A stretch of DNA of 63,460 nt, the filler included. It is 5 parts of 5 records of this genome, joined end to end, with 100 filler letters (N's around TTAATTAATTAA, not from the genome) between each part and the next. Parts side by side here need not be neighbours in the genome. Positions count along the whole stretch, not along the records: positions 50,766 to 56,657 come from SRR31156797_10571; positions 56,758 to 63,460 come from SRR31156797_10602; 3 more parts are not named here. One strand, 5' to 3'. This document shows positions 52,583 to 61,811 of the stretch, piece by piece. A program made the translations under genes and the position numbers. Each line of letters opens with the position of its first letter. Position 1 is the stretch's first letter. A model generated the notes under the pieces. It did not search any database and was not told the DNA's origin. It saw nothing but the letters and a program-made list of their open reading frames with translations.

Positions 52583-53168
52583 CAGAGTAAAGCATCTTTT
52601 AAGCAGTGGAAATAATGATGAGAATAGAATTTTCAATGAATTAATAGAAGAAGTCAAAATGGCAATTGGAGAAGTGCGTTGGCCTGAGGGTTCAGAGGAT
52701 TTTACCATAAACACCTCTGGCGGTAAACATGAGAATGGTGTTCGGCCAATAAAAAATAAATGTATGGAATACTTAGAGCGTCATAGGTGGAGATTAGAGC
52801 AACCGATGGACATCGCAACACAAAGAAGACCAGGAAAAATTGATGCTATAAAAGAACAGAATGGTTTAATCTTTGCATTAGAGTGGGAAACGGGAAACAT
52901 ATCTTCTAGTCACAGGGCTTTAAATAAAATGTCTATTGGGTTTTTGGATGATGTTCTTTCAGGCGGCATACTAATACTTCCATCAAGTGCCCTAAAACCG
53001 TTCATAACAGATAGGGTTGGAAATTTTCCAGAGTTAGAACCTTACTTTTCTCTTTGGGAAAGTTTAAACGTTTCGAAAATGCTTGCTATTATAGAAATTG
53101 AACACGACAGAACATCTGATGATGTACCTTTTATTCCTAAAGGAAAAGATGGAAATGCTCCAAGATAA
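52572..53168 (+). CDS. Type II restriction endonuclease, BamHI/OkrAI family (predicted GGATCC)
   Basis: WP..S..FTIN, NGVRPIK, ID, EWETGNISSSHRALNK, TDRVGNFPELEPYF and VPFIPKGKDG parallel BamHI blocks. Confidence 0.9.
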   Translation: MKINRVKHLLSSGNNDENRIFNELIEEVKMAIGEVRWPEGSEDFTINTSGGKHENGVRPIKNKCMEYLERHRWRLEQPMDIATQRRPGKIDAIKEQNGLIFALEWETGNISSSHRALNKMSIGFLDDVLSGGILILPSSALKPFITDRVGNFPELEPYFSLWESLNVSKMLAIIEIEHDRTSDDVPFIPKGKDGNAPR

Positions 53169-53234
53169 ATCAATTCTTTAAACATACAAAACCCTTTTCC
53201 CCTAAATCATCAGGGAGTTCTTTTTCATTATTTC

Positions 53235-53552
53235 TCAGAAACTGAAGATCTGCCATAAGAATTGCGAGAAAACGCAATGACATTTTTCAGCACTGAAACC
53301 CCTTTTCTTATTTTCTTTCTTATATCCATCAAAAAGCTCTTTTTCTCCAAAACTGTTCTCTAAATCACATATTAAAGATCCCAAACCCAATATCTCATTA
53401 GCTTCTTCTATCCCACTGACCTTTTTTTCATTAAACCAAAAGACTTTTCCTTCTTTAAATTTTATATCAACGTTTTCATTATAATTTTTATGAATTTTTA
53501 AGATTGTTTTGGTTTCATTTCTTTCTTCAATTTCAATTCCAAATAGTTTCAT
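53235..53552 (-). CDS. Hypothetical protein
   Basis: 105-aa ORF with a GGAG SD; no recognised motif. Confidence 0.45.
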   Translation of the reverse strand: MKLFGIEIEERNETKTILKIHKNYNENVDIKFKEGKVFWFNEKKVSGIEEANEILGLGSLICDLENSFGEKELFDGYKKENKKRGFSAEKCHCVFSQFLWQIFSF

Positions 53553-53611
53553 GTGTTTCTCCGAAATAATTGCCCCCGGGATACCAAACCGGGGGACTTA
53601 TGAGGTAAGAT

Positions 53612-53828
53612 TTAAACATTAGGTCCTTCTTCAAAAACAACACCTTCTTCAGGTTTTTCACCGGGTCTTGTGTAATAAACAACACCGAAACTTGCCGCTT
53701 CTTTTCATTTCAGGAGTTTCTTTACGATAGAAGAACTCAACTTCATCCCAAGTATCTCTAAGAATGACATCGACTTTTTCTCTCATTTCCACAATATCCT
53801 TCGTTTCATCATCCACTTTACCTTTCAT
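53612..53828 (-). pseudogene. Frameshifted, 5'-truncated gene remnant
   Basis: MKGKVDDETKDIVEMREKVDVILRDTWDEVEFFYRKETPE continues in another frame as KEAASFGVVYYTRPGEKPEEGVVFEEGPNV*; a GC hairpin follows at 53573-53595. Confidence 0.45.
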
Positions 53829-54194
53829 ATCTTCCTGATCAAATGTAGTCTACTGTTTTTAGAATATCAACAGCAACATATTGTGACTTTATATTACCTA
53901 ATTCAGTAACATTAAGATTTCTATTAAATTCGGTCACAAGCTGTGACTGAATTATTATTTGCCCCCTTCTTTGATTCCAACCCTCGTTTCAACCCGATAA
54001 AAACAAATCCCAATATAAATTCAAGCGGACACATTAGCCGCCACCTATGTCCTATTTCTGCACATGTGCAGAGTGACATGTTCACTTTCAACACAATTTC
54101 ACAATAAAAACCACATATGGCGAATCATCCTCAAACAACCCCAATCATCTGATTTTATTATCTATTTAACTTTTCTTAAAAATTTTTTCCACTC

Positions 54195-54210
54195 TGGCAC
54201 AGTCTTTGCA
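54195..54210 (+). promoter_or_regulatory. sigma54 -24/-12 promoter
   Basis: TGGCACAGTCTTTGCA matches TGGCAC-N5-TTGC, about 47 nt before the ATG with a GAGGAG SD. Confidence 0.8.
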
Positions 54211-54256
54211 CTAGTAAAGTCGATTTTGTGGTCATTACTTTTTTGAGGAGATTGAT

Positions 54257-54658
54257 ATGAGTCTTAAAAAGATCCTTATCGCTGAAGATGACAAAAGAAT
54301 GATAGAGACGATCGAGTTAATACTTAAAGAGAACAATTTTGATGTCGTCAGCACAGAAGATCCTAATGAAGTAATGAATCTTGTCAGGAACGAACGCCCT
54401 GACCTTATTATTCTTGATGTGATATTTGAAGGCTTTAGCGGACCGGACGGTTTTGAGCTTTCAAGAAAGATCGCAAATGATCCTGATCTTGGCTCAATTC
54501 CAATAATAGTTCTTAGCGGAGTAAAACAGATCATATCAAGTGACTTTGAAGTGAAGCCTGATAAAGAGTGGTTACCGGTTGCAAGTTTTATCGATAAACC
54601 GGTCAAACCAAAACAGTTACTCAATGAAATTAAAAATCTGATTACAAAGAGGAGTTAA
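54257..54658 (+). CDS. Single-domain response regulator (receiver only)
   Basis: ILIAEDD, PDLIILDV (phospho-Asp), DGFEL, PIIVLS and FIDKP. Confidence 0.92.
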   Translation: MSLKKILIAEDDKRMIETIELILKENNFDVVSTEDPNEVMNLVRNERPDLIILDVIFEGFSGPDGFELSRKIANDPDLGSIPIIVLSGVKQIISSDFEVKPDKEWLPVASFIDKPVKPKQLLNEIKNLITKRS

Positions 54659-54660
54659 AA

Positions 54661-55146
54661 ATGGAAAAACGGGTAAAACAGGTTCTTGACAAATTCCCTG
54701 ATGCAGGAAGGGACAAATTGATCCCAATTCTGCAGGAAGTTCAGGAAATAGAAGGTTATCTCAGCAAAGAAGCCGTTATAGATATTAGCGAACATCTTGG
54801 ACTTGCACCGTCAAAGATATTTGGTGTGGCAACTTTTTACAATCAGTTTAGATTTGAACCGATCGGCAAAAACCACATCCTGGTTTGCAGAGGAACAGCT
54901 TGCCATGTTAAGGGTTCAGGAGAAACTCTTGAATCACTTGAAAGAGAGCTTGGGATCAAAGCTGGTGATACTTCTCGCGATGGACTTTTCAGCATCGAAG
55001 TTGTTGCCTGTCTTGGAGCTTGTGGTCTTGCTCCACTTATCTGCATCAACAATGAGTTTTATGCAAATGTCACAAAAGACAAGGTTAAAGAGATCCTGAA
55101 CACTTACCGCAACAAGGAAAGAGAGGCTCAAAATGGAAAAAAATAA
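54661..55146 (+). CDS. NuoE/HydC-like [2Fe-2S] subunit of an NAD(H)-linked hydrogenase or dehydrogenase
   Basis: LIPILQEVQ..EGYL, GVATFYNQF, CRGTAC and CLGACGLAP. Confidence 0.93.
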   Translation: MEKRVKQVLDKFPDAGRDKLIPILQEVQEIEGYLSKEAVIDISEHLGLAPSKIFGVATFYNQFRFEPIGKNHILVCRGTACHVKGSGETLESLERELGIKAGDTSRDGLFSIEVVACLGACGLAPLICINNEFYANVTKDKVKEILNTYRNKEREAQNGKK

Positions 55147-56657
55147 TAACTGCTGGAGCGATGTAGGAACAGTTTCAAACGAACTACTTACAATACTTTC
55201 AAATAAAGACTTTCCGATAAAAAACGGCGATGATGAAACACTCAGCAAGCTAAGAAGAGAAACCCTTGACCGCCCTGTCATTTTCATCGGTGCAGGAACT
55301 TGCGGACTTGGAGCAGGAGCTGCTGCCACAAAGGAAAAGATTGAAGAGTTTCTTAAGAATAATAAAAAGGAAGCAGACATTGTTGAAGTCGGTTGTATCG
55401 GACTTTGCAGCGCTGAACCTCTGGTTGATATTCAGCTTCCCGGAAGAACAAGAATAAGTTTTAAAAATATAACCAAGGACAAGGTCGATTCACTTCTAAA
55501 CGATGTTTTTAGCGGATCGATCCCGAAAGATAAAGTCCTTGGACAGTTTTCCCACCAAAGCTCCCAAAGCTGGGACAATGTCCCGGATCTACACCTACAC
55601 CACTTCTTTGCACCCCAGACACGTTGGGTGCTCATCAACTGCGGTATAGTCGACCCCCTGAGAATTACCGAATATGTCTCAAGGGGCGGCTATGCATCTC
55701 TTTTAAAAGCTGTAACAAAGAACAGTTCATCACAAGTTTGCGATACAGTTGAAGATAGTGGCTTAAAGGGACGCGGTGGCGGTGGATTCCTCACTGGTAA
55801 AAAATGGAAATTTGCAGCTGGAGAAAAAGCTGACCAGAAATATCTCATCTGTAATGCTGATGAAGGTGACCCCGGCGCGTTTATGGATAGAGCGGTAATT
55901 GAAGGTGATCCTTTCAGACTTCTTGAAGGAATGACGATCGCGGCCTACGGAATTGGAGCGTCAAAAGGATACATCTATATCCGAGCTGAATACCCACTTG
56001 CAATCGAAAGACTTCATACTGCTTTAAAACAGGCAAGACAGTACGGACTTTTAGGAGACAATATTCTTGGTAGCGGATTTTCTTTCGACCTTCAGATAAA
56101 GATGGGTGCCGGAGCTTTTGTATGCGGAGAAGAAACAGCGCTCATAAACAGCATCGAAGGAAAAAGAGGAATGCCAAAACCAAGACCTCCTTATCCTGCT
56201 GTTAGCGGACTTTTTGGAAAACCCACGATCATCAACAATGTTGAAACATTTTCAAATGTACCGTTCATTTTTGATAAAGGCCCTGATTATTTCAACTCTT
56301 TTGGAACAGAGACTAGCAAAGGAACTAAAGTTTTCGCTCTAAGTGGAAAAGTTGAGAACACCGGGCTTGTTGAAGTTGAAATGGGAACAACAGTTCGCGA
56401 CATCGTTTTTGATATCGGTGGCGGAATTCCTGATAACAAAAAATACAAAGCTGCTCAGATCGGCGGTCCAAGTGGCGGCTGTATTCCTGAAAGCAATCTT
56501 GATATCAAAGTTGATTACGAAGAGCTAAAGACTGTCGGAGCAATGATGGGAAGCGGCGGACTTGTTGTTATGGATGAAGAAACCTGCATGGTGGATGTTG
56601 CTAAATTCTTTATGGATTTTATTCAGAGAGAATCTTGTGGAAAATGTATTCCATGCA
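55133..56657 (+). CDS. NuoF/HydB-like FMN/NADH-binding subunit with an N-terminal thioredoxin-like [2Fe-2S] domain (3' truncated)
   Basis: GTCG..GCIGLC..EP, GRGGGGF, CNADEGDPGAFMDR, GAFVCGEETAL, GGPSGGC and ESCGKCIPC. Confidence 0.93.
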
Positions 56658-56757
56658 NNNNNNNNNNNNNNNNNNNNNNNNNNNNNNNNNNNNNNNNNNN
56701 NTTAATTAATTAANNNNNNNNNNNNNNNNNNNNNNNNNNNNNNNNNNNNNNNNNNNN
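56658..56757. other. Artificial contig spacer
   Basis: 44 N + TTAATTAATTAA + 44 N. Confidence 0.98.
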
Positions 56758-56899
56758 AGGTTTAGGAGATGTAGCTATTAAATATGGATACTACAGATTT
56801 CAAACTGATACTATGTTGTATACAGTTGTTATACTTATCGCCCTTGTACAAATTTGTCAAAGTGCAGGGGATTATTTATATAAAATTACAAAAAAATAA
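56758..56899 (+). CDS. metI: Methionine ABC transporter permease, C-terminal end
   Basis: Manual translation GLGDVAIKYGYYRFQTDTMLYTVVILIALVQICQSAGD...*; directly upstream of metQ. Confidence 0.85.
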
Positions 56900-56908
56900 A
56901 GGAGACTT

Positions 56909-57733
56909 ATGTTTAAAAATATTTTAAAATTTACAGTTGCAGCTGGACTTGCATTAGGTTTAACTGCTTGCACAAGTGATGAGAAAAAAGAGGATACAAC
57001 TGCAAAAGTTGAGCCTAAAAAAACAGTTATTAAAGTTGGAGCTACACCAGTTCCTCACGCAGAGATTTTAGAAGTTGTAAAACCACTTTTAAAAGAGAAA
57101 GGTTATGATTTAGAGATTGTTGAATTTACTGATTATGTAACTCCAAATATTGCAGTTGATGAGGGTGAATTAGATGCAAACTTTTTCCAACACACTCCAT
57201 ACTTAACAGAGTTTAATGCAAATAAAAATACTGATTTAGTTAAAACTGTAGGTGTACACTTAGAGCCAATGGGATTATATTCTAAAAAAATCACTTCTTT
57301 AGAAGAGATTCAAGATGGTGCAGTAATTGCAGTACCAAATGACCCTACAAATGAGAGTAGAGCATTAGATATTTTAGTAAAACAAGGTCTTTTAAAATTC
57401 AAAGATGTAGCACTTAAAACAGCACTTGATGTAACTGAAAACCCAAAAAATATCCAATTAAGAGAGCTTGATGCTCCACAATTACCAAGAGTTTTAGATG
57501 AAGTTGATGCAGCTATTATTAATACTAACTATGCTTTAGCAGCTGATTTAAACCCAACAAAAGATGCAATTGTTATTGAATCTAAGGATTCTCCATATGT
57601 AAATATTGTTGCAGTTAAAAGAGGTAATGAAAATAAAGATTATATTAAAGCTTTAGATGAAGCTTTAAACTCAGAAGAAGTAAAACAATTTATCAAAGAA
57701 AAATATCAAGGTGCGATTGTAGAAGCTTTCTAA
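56909..57733 (+). CDS. metQ: Methionine ABC transporter substrate-binding lipoprotein
   Basis: Lipobox LTAC; GATPVPHAEIL, FTDYVTPN, DANFFQH, PNDPTNESRAL and INTNYA. Confidence 0.93.
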   Translation: MFKNILKFTVAAGLALGLTACTSDEKKEDTTAKVEPKKTVIKVGATPVPHAEILEVVKPLLKEKGYDLEIVEFTDYVTPNIAVDEGELDANFFQHTPYLTEFNANKNTDLVKTVGVHLEPMGLYSKKITSLEEIQDGAVIAVPNDPTNESRALDILVKQGLLKFKDVALKTALDVTENPKNIQLRELDAPQLPRVLDEVDAAIINTNYALAADLNPTKDAIVIESKDSPYVNIVAVKRGNENKDYIKALDEALNSEEVKQFIKEKYQGAIVEAF

Positions 57734-57739
57734 TTCTTC

Positions 57740-57769
57740 ACTCTACTCAATTTAAATATTGAGTAGAGT
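57740..57769. terminator. Hairpin between convergent metQ and the small ORF
   Basis: ACTCTACTCAAT ... ATTGAGTAGAGT. Confidence 0.7.
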
Positions 57770-57777
57770 ACCTCTAC

Positions 57778-57873
57778 TTAATCCTCTTTTACAAAAAAAG
57801 TAATAAACCAAGAAGCCAAAGTAAAAAGTGCTAGCCCCGCTACTATAAATAGCATAATTTCCGTAATATACAT
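57778..57873 (-). CDS. Candidate 31-aa single-pass membrane microprotein
   Basis: MYITEIMLFIVAGLALFTLASWFITFFVKED*, with an AGGGG SD and a TATAAT -10 at 57911-57916 on the minus strand. Confidence 0.6.
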   Translation of the reverse strand: MYITEIMLFIVAGLALFTLASWFITFFVKED

Positions 57874-57951
57874 ATCTTTTCCCCTGTGTATAAATGAATA
57901 ATCATTCGTAATTATAATAAAAATATATTAAACAATTTCTTAAGCCTTATT

Positions 57952-58617
57952 TCAGTTAATATTTAAAAATACACTTCTATATTGATTTACTCTAAAGTCA
58001 AATGTAGTAAAGTTTTTATTAGATTTTTTCTTTTCTTTATATGATTTCAAAGAACCAATATATCTGTTCGCAGCATTTGAAGGTGATGTTAAACTAATAG
58101 TTTTAATCTCTGTATTTTCAAGCTTAAAAGAGTATTCTTTAGGAGTGTTTTCATTTACTAATTTTAGTTTGATATTATTTTGTTTGAGTATTTTTCTAAA
58201 AAAATATTCTGGTGAATTTTTTGATAAACTACCTGTGAAGATTATTGTACGGATATTATTGTATTCTTTCAGATATCCAAGTATATCTCTCAATTTTATT
58301 TGGGACATACCTAAGTCACTCGCATCTATTTTTTCTCTATAACATGAGTCTACTATATCACAAATTCCTATTTTTTCTTTAATCAAAAAATCTTTTCTCA
58401 TTTTTACTGCTTCAGTTGAATTATCATAAAGAAAGTTTTCATTATAAATCTCTTCTATTGCTTTCCAAAGTAGATTATCTTTTGAACCATAACAAAATAG
58501 CACATCTTCTTTTTTATACTCTTTTGTACAAAATCTAGGAGGAGGCAATGTTCCAACTATAATCGCTTTTGTATCTTCATTTAAAAATGGTTTAAAGGGG
58601 TGATAGTGAAAAAACAA
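57952..58617 (-). CDS. Uracil-DNA glycosylase superfamily protein
   Basis: HPF.PF, IVGTLPP, F.YGSKDNLLW, IGICDIV..C and LTSPS. Confidence 0.8.
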   Translation of the reverse strand: MFFHYHPFKPFLNEDTKAIIVGTLPPPRFCTKEYKKEDVLFCYGSKDNLLWKAIEEIYNENFLYDNSTEAVKMRKDFLIKEKIGICDIVDSCYREKIDASDLGMSQIKLRDILGYLKEYNNIRTIIFTGSLSKNSPEYFFRKILKQNNIKLKLVNENTPKEYSFKLENTEIKTISLTSPSNAANRYIGSLKSYKEKKKSNKNFTTFDFRVNQYRSVFLNIN

Positions 58618-58703
58618 AATAATCCTTTTTTTAATAGATTGATTTTAACATATTAGTTATAACTTTTTTGATATAATCTTTCTAATTTATATAAAGGCAT
58701 TTT

Positions 58704-59501
58704 TTGAAAGTTGGCGTTTTTGATTCTGGCCTTGGTGGATTAACAATTGTTAAAGCAATAACAAAATCCTTCAAAGGTGCACAGATTTTCTATATTGCAG
58801 ACACTAAGTTTGCTCCTTATGGTGAAAAAACAAAAGAGCAGATTTTAAATAGAAGTTTAGCTATCACTAATTACTTAATAGAAGAGTTTCAAATTGATGT
58901 TTTAGTTGTTGCTTGCAATACAGCAACATCAGCAGCAATAAACTTTTTAAGAGATAAGTTTGAAAATCTAGTAGTAATAGGAACAGAACCAGGTCTTAAA
59001 CCTGCAATATTAAAATCACAAACTAAAAACATAGCTGTTTTGGCAACTGCTGCAACTTTAAATGGAGAAAAATATAAAAATCTTTTAACTAAGTTATCTT
59101 GTGAATACGAGGTAAATGTTCATGAAAATATTTGCTCAGGTTTAGTTGAGCAAATAGAAAATGGAAATATTGCAGATGAACACACCTTGAATATGCTAAA
59201 AAAGTGGTTAGAACCTATGAAAGAAAAATCTGTTGATACAATAGTTTTAGGTTGTACACATTACCCTTTGGTTAGCCCTTTGATAAAAGATATTATGGGT
59301 GCAAATATTGAACTAATTGAGACAGGTGAAGCAATAGCTAGAAGGTTAGAAGAGTTATGCTCGTTAAGAGGGCATATGGATAAAAGTGAATTAAATATAA
59401 AAGTTTTTTATACAGGTGAAATAAAAGAAAATATGATAAATATGATTTTACAGAATTGGCAAAATGGTGGAAAGATTAATATAAAGGATATTAATGGGTG
59501 A
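58704..59501 (+). CDS. murI: Glutamate racemase
   Basis: GVFDSGLGG, PYGEK, VACNTA and VLGCTHYP. Confidence 0.97.
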   Translation: MKVGVFDSGLGGLTIVKAITKSFKGAQIFYIADTKFAPYGEKTKEQILNRSLAITNYLIEEFQIDVLVVACNTATSAAINFLRDKFENLVVIGTEPGLKPAILKSQTKNIAVLATAATLNGEKYKNLLTKLSCEYEVNVHENICSGLVEQIENGNIADEHTLNMLKKWLEPMKEKSVDTIVLGCTHYPLVSPLIKDIMGANIELIETGEAIARRLEELCSLRGHMDKSELNIKVFYTGEIKENMINMILQNWQNGGKINIKDING

Positions 59502-61761
59502 TAATCAACAAGTTGAAAAGAAAGTTTTAGCTTTAAAGTATAGACCAAGAAGATTTGAGGATTTAGTTGGACAAACTACAATCTCTCAAACATTGTCTTT
59601 AGCATTGGATTCAAACAGATTATCTCATGCATATCTTTTTTCAGGGCTTAGAGGTTCAGGAAAAACAAGTACAGCTAGAATCATGGCTAAAGCTTTATTG
59701 TGTTCAAATGGACCAACATCAAAACCTTGTGAAGTTTGTGAAAACTGTAAAAGTGCAAACACAAACAGACACTTAGATATTATTGAAATGGATGCTGCTT
59801 CAAACAGAGGTATTGATGATATCAAAGATTTAATTGAGCACACAAAATATAAACCAAGTTCTGCTAGATTTAAAGTATTTATAATCGATGAGGTTCATAT
59901 GCTTACAACTCAAGCATTTAATGCACTTCTTAAAACTTTAGAGGAACCTCCAGGTTTTGTTAAGTTTATTTTAGCAACTACTGATCCTTTAAAATTACCT
60001 GCAACGATTTTAAGTAGAACACAACATTTTAGATTTAATAAAATTGCACCAAATGATGTTTTACATCATCTTTCACATATCTTAAATGAAGAGAATATAG
60101 ATTTTGAAGCTGCTGCACTTGAGATACTTACAAGAAGTGGACAGGGAAGTTTAAGAGATACTCTAACTTTACTTGACCAAGCAATTATTTTTTCAAAAGG
60201 AAAAGTAACAACTACAGCAGTTGTTGATATGTTAGGTTTGATTGAGCCAAAACTTATGGATAAACTTTTTGATATCATTCTTAAAAAAGGTGATATTATT
60301 GAGATTGTAAAAGAGCTTGAAAACTATGAGATATCTCAAGTTTGTGATGAAATGACAATCTACCTAAAACAAAAAATGCTTGAAAAAGATGCAAGATTTG
60401 ATTTACTATTATTTGATAGATTCTTTAGAATATTAAGTGATTCAAAACATCTTTTAGCGATGAACTCAGATGGTGGATTTGTACTAATATTAACTCTTAT
60501 GAAGATGTCAGAAGCGACAAATTTAAAAACAATAGATGATATTATAAACCAAGTGGAAAATGTAGAAGTTCAACCTGTAGTTAAAGAAGCAATATCAGTT
60601 GAAAAAGTTATGGAACATGCAAAAACAGATGAAAAACATGTTTATGAAGAGGCATCTACAAATGTAACTAAACCTGAAGATTTAAAACCTGAACCAAGTG
60701 CCGTTAAAGCTGAAGAGATAAGAAGAGAATTTACATCTACACAAGAGGTACAAGCTGTATCAGAAGTAAAAGAGCAACAAGAAGAGCCTGTAAGTGAAAA
60801 AGTAGAAAGTGCTACAAGTGAGCAATCTATTTCTTTAGGTAGTATTGATGCAATAGAAACAGTAACTCCTTTTGATGAAGTAAGCCATGAAACTGAATTT
60901 GAAGAGCCAGTTACTCAAAACACTGTTGTTTCAAATGAACCAATAAATCAACATAGTTTTCCTACACCATTTGATGAAGTTGAAGATACAGAAGATACTA
61001 ATATTCAAACTGATTCAACAGTACACGCTGATGTTTCTGAAGTTGAAGAGGTTGTTGTAGCAAAAGTTAATCCAGAAACTTCAACAATTGAAGAGGTGGT
61101 AGAAGAAAAATCTGATTTTGAAGATACTGTTGTAGAAGAGTTAGTTCCTGAGCAAAAAATAAACTATAATGAAGAGGTTGAGGTTGTACCAATCGAAGAA
61201 CCTGAAATTGCAGAACCAAAAGTACAAGAGACTAAAGAACTTGACCCAAATGAAGAACTTTATAAAAAGTTGATAAAAAATATTTATGAAAGAGATTATG
61301 AACTTGGTGAAGTGTTTGAGCGAAACTTTGTTTATAGTAGTTTTATAGATAAAAAACTTTTAATAAGTTCTTATGCCATCGGTGATGAAAGAAAACTTCT
61401 TTTAAAACATTATGGAATTATAAAAGTGTTTATTTATGATATTTTTGGAAATGATATTGAAATAGAGTTCAAAAAAGAGGAAGCCTCTTCTGATATAAAT
61501 TCAAAAAAGCCTGAAATCCAAAGCGTGACAAATGATGAACCTGCAGCTTTGGAAAATGCACAAGATAATGGAAATGAAGCAGGTTCAATGATTGAAGATG
61601 TTGAGATGGGGTCTGGCTGTGTTGCAGATATGCAAAAAACTGCAAATCCTACACCTTCTCAAAAAGAGTTAGAGTTAAATGATATTTTAAATTCTCCACA
61701 ACTTAATGCTGCAAAAGAGTTATTAAGAGTAAAAAAAATAACTGTTAAAACAAAGACTTAA
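59494..61761 (+). CDS. dnaX: DNA polymerase III subunit gamma/tau
   Basis: LALKYRP, GLRGSGKT, C4 Zn module, EMDAASN, IIDEVHML, NALLKTLEEPP and ILSRTQ; long acidic linker. Confidence 0.97.
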   Translation: MGDNQQVEKKVLALKYRPRRFEDLVGQTTISQTLSLALDSNRLSHAYLFSGLRGSGKTSTARIMAKALLCSNGPTSKPCEVCENCKSANTNRHLDIIEMDAASNRGIDDIKDLIEHTKYKPSSARFKVFIIDEVHMLTTQAFNALLKTLEEPPGFVKFILATTDPLKLPATILSRTQHFRFNKIAPNDVLHHLSHILNEENIDFEAAALEILTRSGQGSLRDTLTLLDQAIIFSKGKVTTTAVVDMLGLIEPKLMDKLFDIILKKGDIIEIVKELENYEISQVCDEMTIYLKQKMLEKDARFDLLLFDRFFRILSDSKHLLAMNSDGGFVLILTLMKMSEATNLKTIDDIINQVENVEVQPVVKEAISVEKVMEHAKTDEKHVYEEASTNVTKPEDLKPEPSAVKAEEIRREFTSTQEVQAVSEVKEQQEEPVSEKVESATSEQSISLGSIDAIETVTPFDEVSHETEFEEPVTQNTVVSNEPINQHSFPTPFDEVEDTEDTNIQTDSTVHADVSEVEEVVVAKVNPETSTIEEVVEEKSDFEDTVVEELVPEQKINYNEEVEVVPIEEPEIAEPKVQETKELDPNEELYKKLIKNIYERDYELGEVFERNFVYSSFIDKKLLISSYAIGDERKLLLKHYGIIKVFIYDIFGNDIEIEFKKEEASSDINSKKPEIQSVTNDEPAALENAQDNGNEAGSMIEDVEMGSGCVADMQKTANPTPSQKELELNDILNSPQLNAAKELLRVKKITVKTKT

Positions 61762-61811
61762 TTTTTAAGTTGCTAAAGATTATAATAGTTTGCATTTTAA
61801 AAAGGTGATAA

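Noticed and set aside
50613-53168. R-M island integrated at the tRNA-Gly
   Set aside because: The tRNA fragment and the R-M genes are on different contigs from different organisms; the adjacency is artificial.
50766-56657. Apparent absence of GGATCC in the R-M contig as site avoidance
   Set aside because: The contig is too short for absence of a 6-mer to mean anything, and the scan was by eye.
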